From assembly GCA_049510745.1 (NCBI GenBank), contig JBEKYR010000026.1, positions 1 to 64,000 of the forward strand: 64,000 nucleotides of DNA, given 5' to 3'. This DNA comes from Verrucomicrobiota bacterium (GTDB lineage: Bacteria; Verrucomicrobiota; Verrucomicrobiia; Limisphaerales; Palsa-1400). Shown here one piece after another: positions 10,121 to 21,258 of this stretch. The notes beneath the pieces are model-generated. The model worked only from the letters and a program-made list of their open reading frames with translations. It did not search any database and was not told the origin of the DNA. Within the stretch, counting starts at the first letter, position 1; each line of letters begins with the position of its first letter. The position numbers and the translations under genes are program-made.

Positions 10121-10444
10121 ATGGTTAATCCGGCCAAGATTCGGTCCTTTTGCAACGCGGTGGCCAAACAGTTTCGCCCCCGCAAGATCATCTTATTCGG
10201 CTCCCATGCTTACGGCCGGCCCACGACCGACTCCGACGTCGATTTGCTGGTGATCATGCCTCGCGTGCGTGAACGCGGCGAACGAATGTCAGTGCGCATC
10301 CGGCATGCTGTCCCCCGTGATTTTCCGCTCGATCTCCTGGTGCGGACACCGTTGGAAGTGGCGAGAAGCCTGCGTCACGGCGATTTCTTCATCCGCGACA
10401 TCATGGAAAACGGGAAGGTGATGTATGAAACCCACAACTCGTGA
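10121..10444 (+). CDS. Minimal nucleotidyltransferase (MNT) antitoxin
   Basis: LFGSHAYG...DSDVDLLVI motif; overlaps the HEPN gene. Confidence 0.9.
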   Translation: MVNPAKIRSFCNAVAKQFRPRKIILFGSHAYGRPTTDSDVDLLVIMPRVRERGERMSVRIRHAVPRDFPLDLLVRTPLEVARSLRHGDFFIRDIMENGKVMYETHNS

Positions 10445-10805
10445 GTGGGTCAAAAAAGCCGAGAACGAGGTCGCCTCGCAAATCCTCCGCCGCAGCAAAG
10501 ATGTTGTGCCGGATGCCGCCTGCTTTTTTTCCCAGCAGTGCGTGGAGAAATATTTTAAGGCGCGCTTGATCGAGGCCGGCATCGTCTTCCCCCGCACGCA
10601 CGATTTACTCTGCCTTTTAAATCTCTGCGCCAGCGTCGAACCGCTGTGGCTGGCTTTTGCCAAAACGGTTGACGCAATGTCAGACTACGCCGTTGATTTC
10701 CGTTACCCAGGTCATTCGGCGACATTGCGGGAAGCGAAGCTTGCGTTTAAGTGTTGTCGGTCCCTCCGGTTCGAGGCGCGGCGAAGCTTAGGACTGAAAC
10801 AGTGA
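10425..10805 (+). CDS. HEPN domain protein (MNT-HEPN toxin-antitoxin partner)
   Basis: W..KAE, ACFFSQQCVEKYFKA, PRTHDL and RYPG motifs. Confidence 0.88.
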   Translation: MKPTTREWVKKAENEVASQILRRSKDVVPDAACFFSQQCVEKYFKARLIEAGIVFPRTHDLLCLLNLCASVEPLWLAFAKTVDAMSDYAVDFRYPGHSATLREAKLAFKCCRSLRFEARRSLGLKQ

Positions 10806-10960
10806 GGTTATCCGCCACGATTGGCGGAGAACCGCGAAACAGCCGAAGATGAAATTGCCGCAACAGAGCACAAAGATCCCGAAGAAAAAGACATAAGTTC
10901 CTCTCTCTGTGGTCTTTGCAGTGCAACATCCCAAATTCCCTCATTTCTGAGAAAACTCTC

Positions 10961-11046
10961 TCACCACGAAGGAACCGAAGAGCACGAAGTATTGGATAGG
11001 CCCATCTGGATGGTTTTCCTTCGTGCTCTTCTGCCCTTCGTGGTGA
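10961..11046. repeat. Long imperfect inverted repeat (REP-like palindrome)
   Basis: tcaccacgaagg..gaagagcacgaag pairs with cttcgtgctcttc..cttcgtggtga. Confidence 0.8.
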
Positions 11047-11570
11047 AGATTGGGTTGCGGCTGCCCTGCTGCGCTCTCCCCGTCCGCCATAGCTCCAGCG
11101 AAATAGAATTTCGCGGCAATTCCGCACCCCTTTTCGTCTATTCCGTGCCTTTTGTGGTCAACATCGCTCCCGCCATTCCGCACCCTCATAAATTCACTGA
11201 TTCACTGACTCGCTCATTCTCTTACAGTTCACTCATTCTTATATTCGCTTTTTTTTCCTTCCGTAGGTTTTTCCTCTTGATAGACCTGTGCTTAAATCGA
11301 GCCAGCATGAATGACACGTGCAACAGGCAAAGTGCTCAGTGCGGCCCGGTCAACACCGGCCCGTGGCTCGGAGACCTCTCCCATCGCATCCGCCATTCGT
11401 CCCATTCGTCGCATTGGTCCCATCGCCTCCCCGATCAAGCCAGTCAAACCTTGGACGTTCGCCCTCGCATGCGACCGGTCCAACCGCAGACGCCATGCAC
11501 CGCCGGCACCGGAAACCACTCCGAAAAGCGGCAAAAAATGCCGGATTCAACCCGGAAAACGAAGCCAAAA

Positions 11571-11630
11571 ACCCGGACAAATCCGGAAATATCCGGCCAA
11601 ATCCGGCTAAATCCGGGTAAAACCGGCCAA
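11571..11630. repeat. 10-bp period tandem repeat (about 6 units, atccggNNaa)
   Basis: acccggacaa atccggaaat atccggccaa atccggctaa atccgggtaa aaccggccaa. Confidence 0.85.
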
Positions 11631-11822
11631 AAAATGAAAAATCAAAAAACACCCGGATTCGGCGACAGCGACCAGTGACGAAAAACCTCACAAAGGCCGC
11701 CTCCTCCAATTCGGACTAATCCGTTCTTGCGCAACGCCGTTTTGCCCTTAAGATGGCCCCTCGCGCTTGACCCCCGGGCCAAGTCGGCCAGGACGCAGGC
11801 GCTGCTTAACTTTGGATATTGT

Positions 11823-13541
11823 ATGATTGGCACACTCCGCCGCCACCAACAGTGGCTCTGGGTCGTTATCATTGCGGCCACCATTGTTTCCTTCGTCGTC
11901 TATTTTTCCCCCAACCGCAACTACGGCGGCGGCGGCATGGGCCGTCGCGTCTCCGCCGACCTCGGTTCCATCAATGGCGATCCCGTCACCCCGGATCAAT
12001 TCATGGCCGCCGAACGGGAAGGACGCATCTTCTTCTTTTTCCGCTCGGGCGAATGGCCCGACAGCGAGGACCAAAAGAAGCAGGTGGAGCATTATGCCTC
12101 GCAAGCCCTCCTGCTCGACGCCGAATTAACGGAGTTCAAGATCAATGTCACCACCGAAGCCGCCGCCCGCTTTACCAAACAAATCCTGGGAGTCCCCGCT
12201 GACCAGCCCATGCCCCTGGAGAAATTCAATCAGGATTTCGTCCAGAACCAACTCATGCGCCGGGGCAACGTGACCCTCGATGATTTCGAGCGTTTCATCC
12301 GCCACCAATGCGGCCAGGAATACCTCTCCGCCCTCGTCGGCATGTCCGGCAAACTCATCACCGCCAAGGAAGCCGGCTTCTTTTACCGGCGCGAAAACGA
12401 GCCGATGGCCACCGAGTGGGTCACCTTCCCGGCCACCAACTTTTACGCCCTGACCGCGCCCACCGACGCCGAACTGGTGGATTTCTACACCGAGCGCCAG
12501 GCCGATTACCGCCTGCCGGACCGCGTCCAAGTCAACTATATCCAATTTGACTCCAGCAATTACCTCGGCCAGGCCGACAAGCTGCTCGGCACCAACCTCG
12601 ACGATCGCGCCGACCAGGTCTATCACCAGCAAGGCCCCGACACCTACCGGGACGACGACGGCAAGCCGCTCACGGCCGAGGCGGCCGTCACCCGGATCAA
12701 AAAGCAAATCCGCCAGCTCGCCGCCTTCACCGAAGCGAGAAAGGAGGCCAACGCCTTCCTCACCGCCTTGTCCGAGGGGCACGATGACCTGCACCCGTAT
12801 TCGCCCGGCGATCTGGCCGCGCTCGCCAAAACCAAGGACCTGACCGTCAAAACCACCGCCCCCTTCGACGAGAAGACCGGTTCCAAGGAAATGGATGTGG
12901 CGCCAATCAAGCTCCACGTCCTTTTCTCCCTGCGCGAGGAGGATCCCGACGACAAGGAGCGGTCACTGCTTTACGCCCCCTCTCCGCTCCTCGGCGAGAG
13001 CAACGTCTATGTTGTCGGCCTGCAAAAGCGGTTTCCGAGTGAAATACAGGCGCTTTCGGTCGTTTACGACAAAGTCACGGCCGATTACCGCCGCGACAAG
13101 TCGCTGAAACTGGCCAAAGCGGCGGGCGAGAAATTCGCCGCCGCCCTCCAGGCCGGGATGGCGCAGCCGGACAAGACGTTCGACTCCATTTGCGCGGCGG
13201 AGAACATCCAGCCCCAAGCCCTGCCCCCCTTTGCGCTCACTTCGACCAATTTGCCGCCGCAAATCTCCAGCAAGACTCTCTTCACGCAACTTCAGGAGAT
13301 TACCTTCAGCCTGCCCACCGACGAGTGTTCGAAGTTTGTCCCCACGCCCGACGGCGGGTTTGTCGTGTATGTCCGGCAGCGACTGCCGGTGGATGAGGCC
13401 AAAATGCAGCGCGAACTCCCCGCTTACCTGGCCCGGATGCGCGAGCAGCGCCAGATGGCCGCGTTCAATGAATGGTTTCAGCGGCAGATTCAATTGCGCC
13501 TGGTCCCGCCGGCCAGCGAGCGGGCCAACCCGACGGGTTGA
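11823..13541 (+). CDS. SurA N-terminal domain / PpiD-like membrane-anchored periplasmic chaperone
   Basis: MIGTLRRHQQWLWVVII..SFVVYF N-terminal anchor, GSINGDPVT, and Y..PDRVQVNYI typical of PpiD-like proteins; ATG at 11823. Confidence 0.75.
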   Translation: MIGTLRRHQQWLWVVIIAATIVSFVVYFSPNRNYGGGGMGRRVSADLGSINGDPVTPDQFMAAEREGRIFFFFRSGEWPDSEDQKKQVEHYASQALLLDAELTEFKINVTTEAAARFTKQILGVPADQPMPLEKFNQDFVQNQLMRRGNVTLDDFERFIRHQCGQEYLSALVGMSGKLITAKEAGFFYRRENEPMATEWVTFPATNFYALTAPTDAELVDFYTERQADYRLPDRVQVNYIQFDSSNYLGQADKLLGTNLDDRADQVYHQQGPDTYRDDDGKPLTAEAAVTRIKKQIRQLAAFTEARKEANAFLTALSEGHDDLHPYSPGDLAALAKTKDLTVKTTAPFDEKTGSKEMDVAPIKLHVLFSLREEDPDDKERSLLYAPSPLLGESNVYVVGLQKRFPSEIQALSVVYDKVTADYRRDKSLKLAKAAGEKFAAALQAGMAQPDKTFDSICAAENIQPQALPPFALTSTNLPPQISSKTLFTQLQEITFSLPTDECSKFVPTPDGGFVVYVRQRLPVDEAKMQRELPAYLARMREQRQMAAFNEWFQRQIQLRLVPPASERANPTG

Positions 13542-13544
13542 GGC

Positions 13545-14345
13545 GTGAGCCAGACCATCAAACTCTCCTTCCCCGCCACCGCCGAATTCTGGGAAATCCC
13601 CGTCCTCCATGAGGACGATCATCTCCTGGCCCTCAACAAACCCGGCGGCCTGCCGGTGTCGCCTCCCCGCGACGACCCGGCCCGGGCCAACTTGATGAAA
13701 TTGCTCCACCTGGGCATTGAGCGCCAAGCGCCCTGGGCCAGGGACCGTGGCCTGGCTTACCTCATGAACGCCCACCGCCTGGATTCCGCCGCCAGCGGCG
13801 TCCTCCTCCTGGCCAAGGACAAACCCACCCTCATCGCGCTGGCCGCCCAGTTCGGCTCCGAAAAACCGGCCAGGATCTACGCCGCCCTCGTCCGCGGTTC
13901 CGCCGAACAAAACACCTTTGACTGCGACGCCAGCCTCGCCGCCCATCCCTTGCGGCCCGGTTTCATGCGCGTCGATCCGAAAAACGGCCAGCACTCGCAC
14001 ACCGGGTTTTCCGTCCGCGAAACCTTCTCCGCCGGCTACCTGCTCCTGGAATGCCGTCCGCTGACCGACCGCGCCCATCAGATCCGCGCCCATCTCAAGC
14101 ACCTCCATTTGCCCATCGTCGGCGATGATCTCTACGGCGGCCCTCCCCTCTGGTTGTCCACGCTCAAAAAAGGCTACCGCCTCAAGCCGGGCCGGACGGA
14201 ACGGCCGCTCATCTCCCGCGTCGCGCTCCACGCCGAACAGCTTGTCCTCCAGCGCCCCGGCGCGGACGAAACGGTGAGAATCGAGGCCCCCTGGCCCAAG
14301 GACCTGACAGTGTCAATCAAATACTTGCGGCGCTACGGGGGTTAG
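13545..14345 (+). CDS. RluA-family RNA pseudouridine synthase
   Basis: LNKPGGL, catalytic HRLD, HQIRAHL, PIVGDDLYG, LHAEQL. Confidence 0.92.
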   Translation: MSQTIKLSFPATAEFWEIPVLHEDDHLLALNKPGGLPVSPPRDDPARANLMKLLHLGIERQAPWARDRGLAYLMNAHRLDSAASGVLLLAKDKPTLIALAAQFGSEKPARIYAALVRGSAEQNTFDCDASLAAHPLRPGFMRVDPKNGQHSHTGFSVRETFSAGYLLLECRPLTDRAHQIRAHLKHLHLPIVGDDLYGGPPLWLSTLKKGYRLKPGRTERPLISRVALHAEQLVLQRPGADETVRIEAPWPKDLTVSIKYLRRYGG

Positions 14346-14422
14346 AAAGCGGGCAGGGAAGGTGAGCAGCGCATCGGCGCCGGCTCGGCAATATCTGACA
14401 ACATCGCTTTCGATGCGTTTCT

Positions 14423-15043
14423 TTGGCCAAGGAACGCAAAGGCGAACTGACCCTGGTCGCTTGCTGGGCGCATTGCACGAGGGGTTTCCACGAAGCGTTG
14501 GCGGAGAGCAAACCGGCGGCGTGGTTTGTGCGTCAAATTGGATTGCTCTATGCGGTGGAAAAGCTCCTGCGTGAGAAGAAGGCCGGTCCTCGGTTGAGGG
14601 CGGCGATGCGGAACTGGCAATGCCATCCGGTCTTGGAACGATTGCGCCGGGCGATGGAGTTGGTGCGTCGTCGCACTTTGCCCCAAGGACTGTTGGGAAA
14701 GACTATTGACTACGCGTTCAAGCGCTGGGAAGCGCTGACGCGTTTCGTGAACGACGGCGTTTTGGAGATGGATTCAAATTTGATTGAAAACTCGATTCGC
14801 CCGTCCGCTCTGGGGAAAAAGAATTTTTTGTTTATAGGGCATCCTGAAGCTGGCGAACGTAGCGCGGTGATTTGCACCTTACTGGGCAGTTGTCGGCGGC
14901 ATGGGATCAATCCCTTCGAATATCTGAAGGATTTGTTCACACGGTTGCCAGCGGCCAAGATCACCCAGATCAGGGAGTTCACGCCAGCGGCATGGGCTCG
15001 CGCAAACAACAATTCTTCGCGAGTCAGCTTCATGGCTGCTTGA
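14423..15043 (+). mobile_element. IS66-family transposase (TnpC) C-terminal remnant
   Basis: CWAHC.R.F, DSNLIENSIRP.ALGKKNFLF.G and GINPFEYLKD motifs; no N-terminal half, tnpA/tnpB or terminal inverted repeats seen. Confidence 0.88.
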
Positions 15044-18000
15044 TCTCTGCTTTCCCTTGCCCGCCGTAGCCTGGCGAAGGCAGGTCCTTCGCCTCCGCCG
15101 CCGCGATTTCCTCCCAGGGGGAGCTTGCCAGACGTGGAGGAAGCCGTCACCAGTCAGCATGCCGATGGCATTACCATCCGGTGAAAAGGCAGTGCTCACA
15201 AACAGGGATCCCGCGCCTTCCAAAGTGAGCACCTCCTGCCAACTGTCCACATCCCAAAGTTTCACGGCGTCGTCCGGGTTGCTCCCGCCGGTGGCGAGAC
15301 GTGTGCCATCCGGTGAAAACGCCACCGAGAAAACGGCATTGAGGAAACCGCGTAGCGTCGCTTCTTCCCGCCAGGTTTTAGTTCCCCATACCCGGGCATA
15401 TCCCAATTCACTGGCGGCGGCGCATCGTCCCCCGTCGGGAGAGAAAGCGACCTCATAGGCAACCTGGACCGCCTCAAGCGGCAAGTTCGTGTTGCTGTGT
15501 TCCGCCAGGTTTCGGCCGGAGACATCTCCGTCAAAACCGAAGGCAACGCACAACCGCTCGTCCGGCGATGAGCCGATGGCGCGGCCGATAAAACGAGCGG
15601 GTGCCGGCCAGGACTGAATTTCGCGATTCGCTGCCAAGTCCCATTCGGAGAAATGATTGTCGGATGGGACCCGGACTACCAATCGGTTTCCCTGGGCGGT
15701 AAAACCCAGGGGGATCACGCTGCCATCGCCGAGTTTGAATTCACGCCACAGAACACGCGGCGAGATGTCCCAAACCGAGATGTTCCCGTTGGTTGAGCCA
15801 ACCGCCAGGAAGCGACCATCAGGGGAAAAGGCATCTCCCTGGTGATTTGTTCCGATCTCCAGCCAGGGTTCCTTGTCCTGAAAATCCGGGCCGCTCCACC
15901 GCGCTACCTTGCCCTCACGATCCAAAGTCACGGCCGAGCGGCTATCGGGCGCAAAGCGCCAATTGGATATTTTGCCTGGCAAGGTGACGCGTTCCCGCCG
16001 TGGATGAGTTACTGAGGCATCCCACACACAAACCACGCCATCTTTGCTCCCGCTGACCAGGGTCTTATTATCGGGGAGCAGCGCCAGCCGCCACACTTCC
16101 TGACGATGACCGCACAATACGTCCAAAGACTTGCGACTGGCCAAATCCCATATGCGAATCGTTTGATCCGCACTGCTAGAGGCCAGTCTTTTTCCGTCCG
16201 GCCAGAACACTAAGGAACCGACCCACGATGTGTGGCCTTCCAGCCGCCCGATCTCTTTGCCGGTGGCGACCTCCCAAAGCCGGATGTCCGACTCGGAGTA
16301 TCCGGCGGCGGTCGCCAGGGTTTTGCCGTCCGGTGAAAACGCCAAGGCGGTAATTTCGTGCTCCGACGCGACCACCGTCCAAAGCTCGTTGCCATTGCGC
16401 GTGTCCATAACGTGAACGCGTCCGCCCCTCGTCCAATAGGCTGCAAGGCCTAAATCCGAAGTTGCGGCAAAGACGTTCCCCGGGTCATCATTAGCCTGTT
16501 CCGAAGGATAACTAGTAAACTTTGTCCCATCAGGCACATGCCAGAAAGTTATGCGTCCTCCTTCGGTGGAAGTCACCAGCGCCCTGCCGTCTTTGGCGAA
16601 CGCCAGTCCGGCGCATTCATTGTCCAGCGGGAATTCAGCCACCATCTGCCGCCTGGCGGCGTTCCAAAGACGCAAAATGGCTTGCCTCTTCCCCGAAGAC
16701 GAGAAGTTGACACTGGTGAATGCCATCAAGGAGTCGGCCGGTGAGAAAGCAGCGAGGACCTCATCCTCGCCGGGCGCGAGATGAGCCACCTCCTCTCGAG
16801 CCTGAAGGTCCCACACGAATAGCCCGCCCTTTTGTTTCACGCCGATAGCCAGCCAGTTGCCGTCGGCGGAAACCGCGAGCGATTCGACTTCGCTCTTTTG
16901 GCAGAGAGTGAACCGGGCATCGCTGTGGGTTTGTTGCCAGAGGTAACGCCATTCCCAAGCGCGCAGGTCTTTCTGGCCCGCTTCCGGCCGCTGACGGTTG
17001 AGCAGGTCTAGCGCTCGGCCGAGATTGTTTGCGGCCAATGCTTGGGCAGCGACGTTCATGTCCGAAGCGTAGGCGCGCTGGCGGGCGGCGAGTTCTGCGG
17101 CTTGGGCCTGCCGGCGAGCCGCATCGGCTTGCTCACGAAGTTTGGCTTCATTGGCTTGCGCGGTGACAGCCTTCTGTTCGTTGGCTTCGGCCTTTTGCCG
17201 TTGGACGGATTCGCGAGCCTGCGCCGACACTGCCTCGCGTTTGGCCCGCGTCGCCCGCACCGCCTGCAACGTGCTGACAATCACGCCGAGCAACAACGCG
17301 GCGGTAACGGCGATGCCGGCGGCAAACACCATTTTGTTCCGGCGGAAAGCCTTCTGAAATTTGTAGGCCGCGCTGGGCGGCCGGGCCAGGACCGGTTCGT
17401 TGTTCAGGTGCCGCTTGAGATCGAACGCCAGCCCATTGGCCGTCTCGTAACGGCGGGTGCGATCTTTTTCCAGGCACTTCATCACGATCCAGTCGAGATC
17501 ACCTTGGAGCTGATGGACCAACTTGGACTTGTCGGCGGAACGCCGTTTGGCCGTGGTCGTCAATGCCTCGCCCTTAAGCGTGCCTAGTCGGGTGCTCGGG
17601 CGAACCGGCTCCTTCTCGCGGATCGTCTTGCGCATCTGGTCAATGCCTTGCGACATCAACTCGTTCGCATCAAACGGCGTGCTGCCGGCCAGCAGTTCAT
17701 AAAGGAGAACTCCGAGGCTGTAGATGTCGCTGCGCGTATCGATGTCCAGGCCGCTCATTTCTGCCTGTTCGGGACTCATATATGCCGGAGTGCCGATAAA
17801 CTGTTGGAGTTGCGTATAGACGGTCTTGTCCGTCAACGTCTGGCCCACTGTGGCCTTGGCGATGCCAAAATCAATCACCTTGGGGACCGGCACCCCGTCG
17901 TGCAGCGCCACGAGGATGTTCGATGGCTTGATGTCGCGGTGGATGATGCCCTTCTGGTGCGCGTGCTGGATGGCGTGGCAGACGTGGATGAACAAGTCGA

Positions 18001-18556
18001 GCCGTTCCTTGGTGGTCAGATGATTCTGGTCGCAATAGTCGGTGATGCGAATGCCGCGCACCAATTCCATTACGAAATAGGGGCGGCCGTTTTCGGTCGC
18101 GCCGGCATCGAGCACCTTGGCAATGTTGGGATGATCCATCATCGCCAGCGCCTGGCGCTCGGCTTCAAAACGCGCCACCACCGCCTTGGTGTCCATGCCC
18201 AGTTTAATGACCTTGAGCGCCACCCGTCGCCGCACCGGCTCGGTTTGCTCGGCGACATAGACCACTCCGCCCCCGCCCTCGCCTACCTTCTCCAGAATCT
18301 TGTAACGGCCAATGGTCTTGCCAACGGCTTCATCCTCGGCGTCGGCCAGATCGAGCTTGATGGTCGCCACAATTGCGGGTGCTCCCGACGGCGGCAATTC
18401 GTCAGCCTTTTGGTGGGCGGCCAGCAGGGTTTCCAGACGTTGGCGCAAGGCAGGGTCGCCCGCGCATATGGCATCCAGCAACGCCGGGCGCTTGGCCGCA
18501 GGCATTTCCAGCGCGAGCGCAAGCAGCTCTTCTTCCCGATTTTGTGGCGATGGCAC
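15030..18556 (-). CDS. Hanks-type Ser/Thr protein kinase with transmembrane segment and WD40 repeats; apparent 1-nt frameshift near the C-terminus
   Basis: GEGGGGVVY, VALK, HRDIKPSN, DFG, GTPAYMSPEQ; many GH...WD repeats. The ORF as written runs to 14879, but a shifted frame at the G5 run 15117-15121 gives the tail WEEIAAAEAK...KAEIKQP-stop at 15030. Confidence 0.88.
15055..15084. repeat. 30-nt palindromic interspersed element, copy 1
   Basis: Minus strand cctgccttcgccaggctacggcgggcaagg; similar to 32924-32953 and 56413-56442. Confidence 0.75.
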
Positions 18557-18712
18557 GTCTGATTGAGATTTACTCAGTCAAGCTTACATGCCCGTTCGAC
18601 GGATTAAAAGCATGAATAAATCTTTCGCAGCCACCCGAAACCAGACGTGGCCGCTCAGACGGATGCGTTTTTTTGTCACCTCTTGGCCCTTTTCCGGTGC
18701 TTATAAAGTGAT

Positions 18713-20365
18713 ATGATGACAACCGAAGCGATGCAGAGGGCGGAATTCAACGATGCCGAGTTGGTAACCGGAAGCCTGGACGGCAACCGGGATGCCTTCC
18801 GCCAGATTGTTGAACGGTATCAAACCTTGATCTCGTCCCTGGCGTATTGCGCCACGGGCAACGTGAGCCAGAGCGAAGACCTCGCCCAGGAGACCTTCGT
18901 GACCGCCTGGAAACAACTGGCGCAACTGCGCGAGCCGGCCAAGTTGCGGCCCTGGTTGTGCGGCATCACCCGTTTTCTCATCAGCAAGGAATTCCGGCGC
19001 CAGGGGCGCGAGCCGATTCATGCAGCCGAACCGTTGGAAGCGGTGGATGAATGGGTTTCACCGGAACCGCTGCCGCCGGATCAGGTCATCAGCGAGGAGG
19101 AAAAGGCGATCCTCTGGCGCTCGCTCGAACGCATCCCGGAAATCTATCGCGAGCCGCTGGTCTTGTTTTACCGCGAGCACCAATCCATCGGGGCTGTGGC
19201 CCAGGATTTGGAGTTGAGTGAGGACGCGGTCAAGCAACGGCTGTCGCGGGGGCGCAAGCTGCTGCAAGAGCAATTCCTCGCCTTTGTCGCCGGCGCGCTC
19301 AAACAGACCAGTCCGGGCAAAGCGTTCACCCTCGGCGTGGTGGCGGCCTTGCCACTGCTGACAACGACAGCCAAGGCGGCGACGGTGACCACGACCGCAA
19401 CCAAAGGCGGCTCGGCCGCCAAGGCCGCAACCGGAGCAGGAATACTGAGCGCGTTCTTAACGGGGGGCATGATGATTCTCTTCTCTCTGTTCGGCGTCTT
19501 CGGGTTCTTTGGCCGCTGGACGGGTCGCAAGATGGGGCGCGCCAGCCAGCAGTCTTCCCTAGGACGCAAACGGATCACCCAGTTCTGGCGCACACTGGCC
19601 ATCGGCTTCTTCGTGTTCGTTCTGCCCCCGTTGTTCGTTCGCCCTTCGATGATTCATTCTCATCCCTGGCTTTTTCGCGCAGGGACCTGGTCACTGGCGG
19701 CATTTTACTGGTTGGTGGCAGCGGCCTTGGCCATCTGGGTGTGGCAGCGGCAGCGGGACGCCCGCCGGGGCGAAGCGGAAGCGCCGGAAACAACCCGGAC
19801 GACAAGCAAGTCGTACAATGCTTGGGTGACGTTGGGAATGGCCGGGCCGGCGTTCATTGTCGGGATGTTCCTGTTTGCGCTCTTCTTCTCGGGCTCGACA
19901 TTGTCCCTCAAGCCGATTCCCGAGACGGCGGCGCGGAGCATTATCTCTGAACGCAAGGATGCCCGGTTTGCGGTTTATCAATACCGGAATGGCTCAAGGT
20001 CCCTGGAGATCAGCCTGCCTGAGAATCCGCGGATCAACCTTTCGACGCTCTTGGATGACTCCCTGCTTGCAGCGCTGACCCAAAAGGGGATCGTTTATCA
20101 GACCAGGATTGAAGACCGGGACTTCCACAACGGCGGCGTCCGCGGATGGCTGGTGCTGTTATCAACCTTCATCGTAGTGGCGGGCGCTGTCCTGCTCCTG
20201 CGCCGGCCGGGAACGCAAAAGTTTTACCAACAGGAAGTCGCCACGCCGCGAGCCGAGAGAAGAGAAAAGAAGATCATTGCCGTGTGTGCCGCGCTGGCAA
20301 TGATCACGATGAGCCTCCTGCTCATTCTCTTCACAATCAAAATGTATTTTTGCGCCAGTCCCTAA
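18713..20365 (+). CDS. ECF sigma-70 factor with fused multi-transmembrane C-terminal extension
   Basis: Region 2 (SEDLAQETFVTAW, WLCGI) and region 4 (YREPLVLFY, AVKQRLSRGR), then an Ala/Gly/Thr linker and several hydrophobic helices. Confidence 0.85.
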   Translation: MMTTEAMQRAEFNDAELVTGSLDGNRDAFRQIVERYQTLISSLAYCATGNVSQSEDLAQETFVTAWKQLAQLREPAKLRPWLCGITRFLISKEFRRQGREPIHAAEPLEAVDEWVSPEPLPPDQVISEEEKAILWRSLERIPEIYREPLVLFYREHQSIGAVAQDLELSEDAVKQRLSRGRKLLQEQFLAFVAGALKQTSPGKAFTLGVVAALPLLTTTAKAATVTTTATKGGSAAKAATGAGILSAFLTGGMMILFSLFGVFGFFGRWTGRKMGRASQQSSLGRKRITQFWRTLAIGFFVFVLPPLFVRPSMIHSHPWLFRAGTWSLAAFYWLVAAALAIWVWQRQRDARRGEAEAPETTRTTSKSYNAWVTLGMAGPAFIVGMFLFALFFSGSTLSLKPIPETAARSIISERKDARFAVYQYRNGSRSLEISLPENPRINLSTLLDDSLLAALTQKGIVYQTRIEDRDFHNGGVRGWLVLLSTFIVVAGAVLLLRRPGTQKFYQQEVATPRAERREKKIIAVCAALAMITMSLLLILFTIKMYFCASP

Positions 20366-21258
20366 CTCACCAGCCATTCGAGAATGGCTTTCTGGCAGTG
20401 CAACCGGTTCTCCGCCTGGTCGAAAATGGTCTGGGCGTGGGCTTCGAAGGTCGCTTCGTCAATCTCCTTGCCGCGATAGGCCGGCAGGCAATGCATGACC
20501 AGCGCGTCCGGCTTGGCCAGTTTCACCAGCGCCTCGTTGATTTGGTAGCCGGCCAGGTCCCGCAGGCGCTCGGCCGACTCGGCCTCCTTGCCCATCGAAA
20601 TCCACACGTCCGTGTAGAGCAGGTCGGCGCCGCGGGCCGCTCCGCGCACGTCCTCCGTACAGACGATTTTCCCGCCCGCCCGCCGCAACAGCTCCGCCGG
20701 CGGCTGGAATTTCTTCGGCGCGGCGATGCGCAGTTCAAAACCCAGTTTGGCCGCGGCAAAAATCCAGGAAATCGGCACATTGCACGCGCCGTCGCCGATA
20801 AAGACCACGCATTTCCCCGCAATCGGCCCCCGTTTCTCCTGGTAAGTGAAAATGTCCGTCAGGATTTGGCACGGATGCTCCTGGTCGGTCAGCGCGTTGA
20901 TCGTCGGGATGCGCGCGTATTGGGCGAATTCCTCGACGTCCCGTTGCGCGAAAGTGCGGATGACCGCGCCGTGAATCATCCGCCCCAGCACGCGGGCGGT
21001 GTCCTTGATCGGTTCGCCGCGCCCCAACTGCGCGTCGCTGGCGCTGAGAAACATCACTTGCCCCCCCAGTTCGCGGATGCCCACTTCAAAGGAGACGCGC
21101 GTGCGCGTGGAAGACTTCGAGAAGAGCAAGGCCCAGCTTTTCCCGGCCAGCGGCAGGGCGGTCGGTCGCCCGCGCTGCGCTTTCATGGTCGCGCTGGCGG
21201 CCAGGATGTGTTCCATGTCTTCCCGCGCCAATTTTTCCAGACTCAATAAATGTTTCAT
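20362..21258 (-). CDS. argF: Ornithine carbamoyltransferase
   Basis: STRTR, HPCQ, HCLP and QAENR motifs. Confidence 0.96.
   Translation of the reverse strand: MKHLLSLEKLAREDMEHILAASATMKAQRGRPTALPLAGKSWALLFSKSSTRTRVSFEVGIRELGGQVMFLSASDAQLGRGEPIKDTARVLGRMIHGAVIRTFAQRDVEEFAQYARIPTINALTDQEHPCQILTDIFTYQEKRGPIAGKCVVFIGDGACNVPISWIFAAAKLGFELRIAAPKKFQPPAELLRRAGGKIVCTEDVRGAARGADLLYTDVWISMGKEAESAERLRDLAGYQINEALVKLAKPDALVMHCLPAYRGKEIDEATFEAHAQTIFDQAENRLHCQKAILEWLVS

Noticed and set aside
11571..11630. Possible CRISPR array or iterons (also 56268-56321)
   Set aside because: Units are 10 bp with no unique spacers, and no cas or rep genes are in the window
10821..11678. 285-aa ORF across the repeat patchwork
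   Set aside because: Translation is low-complexity and follows the DNA repeats; atypical codon usage; no domain
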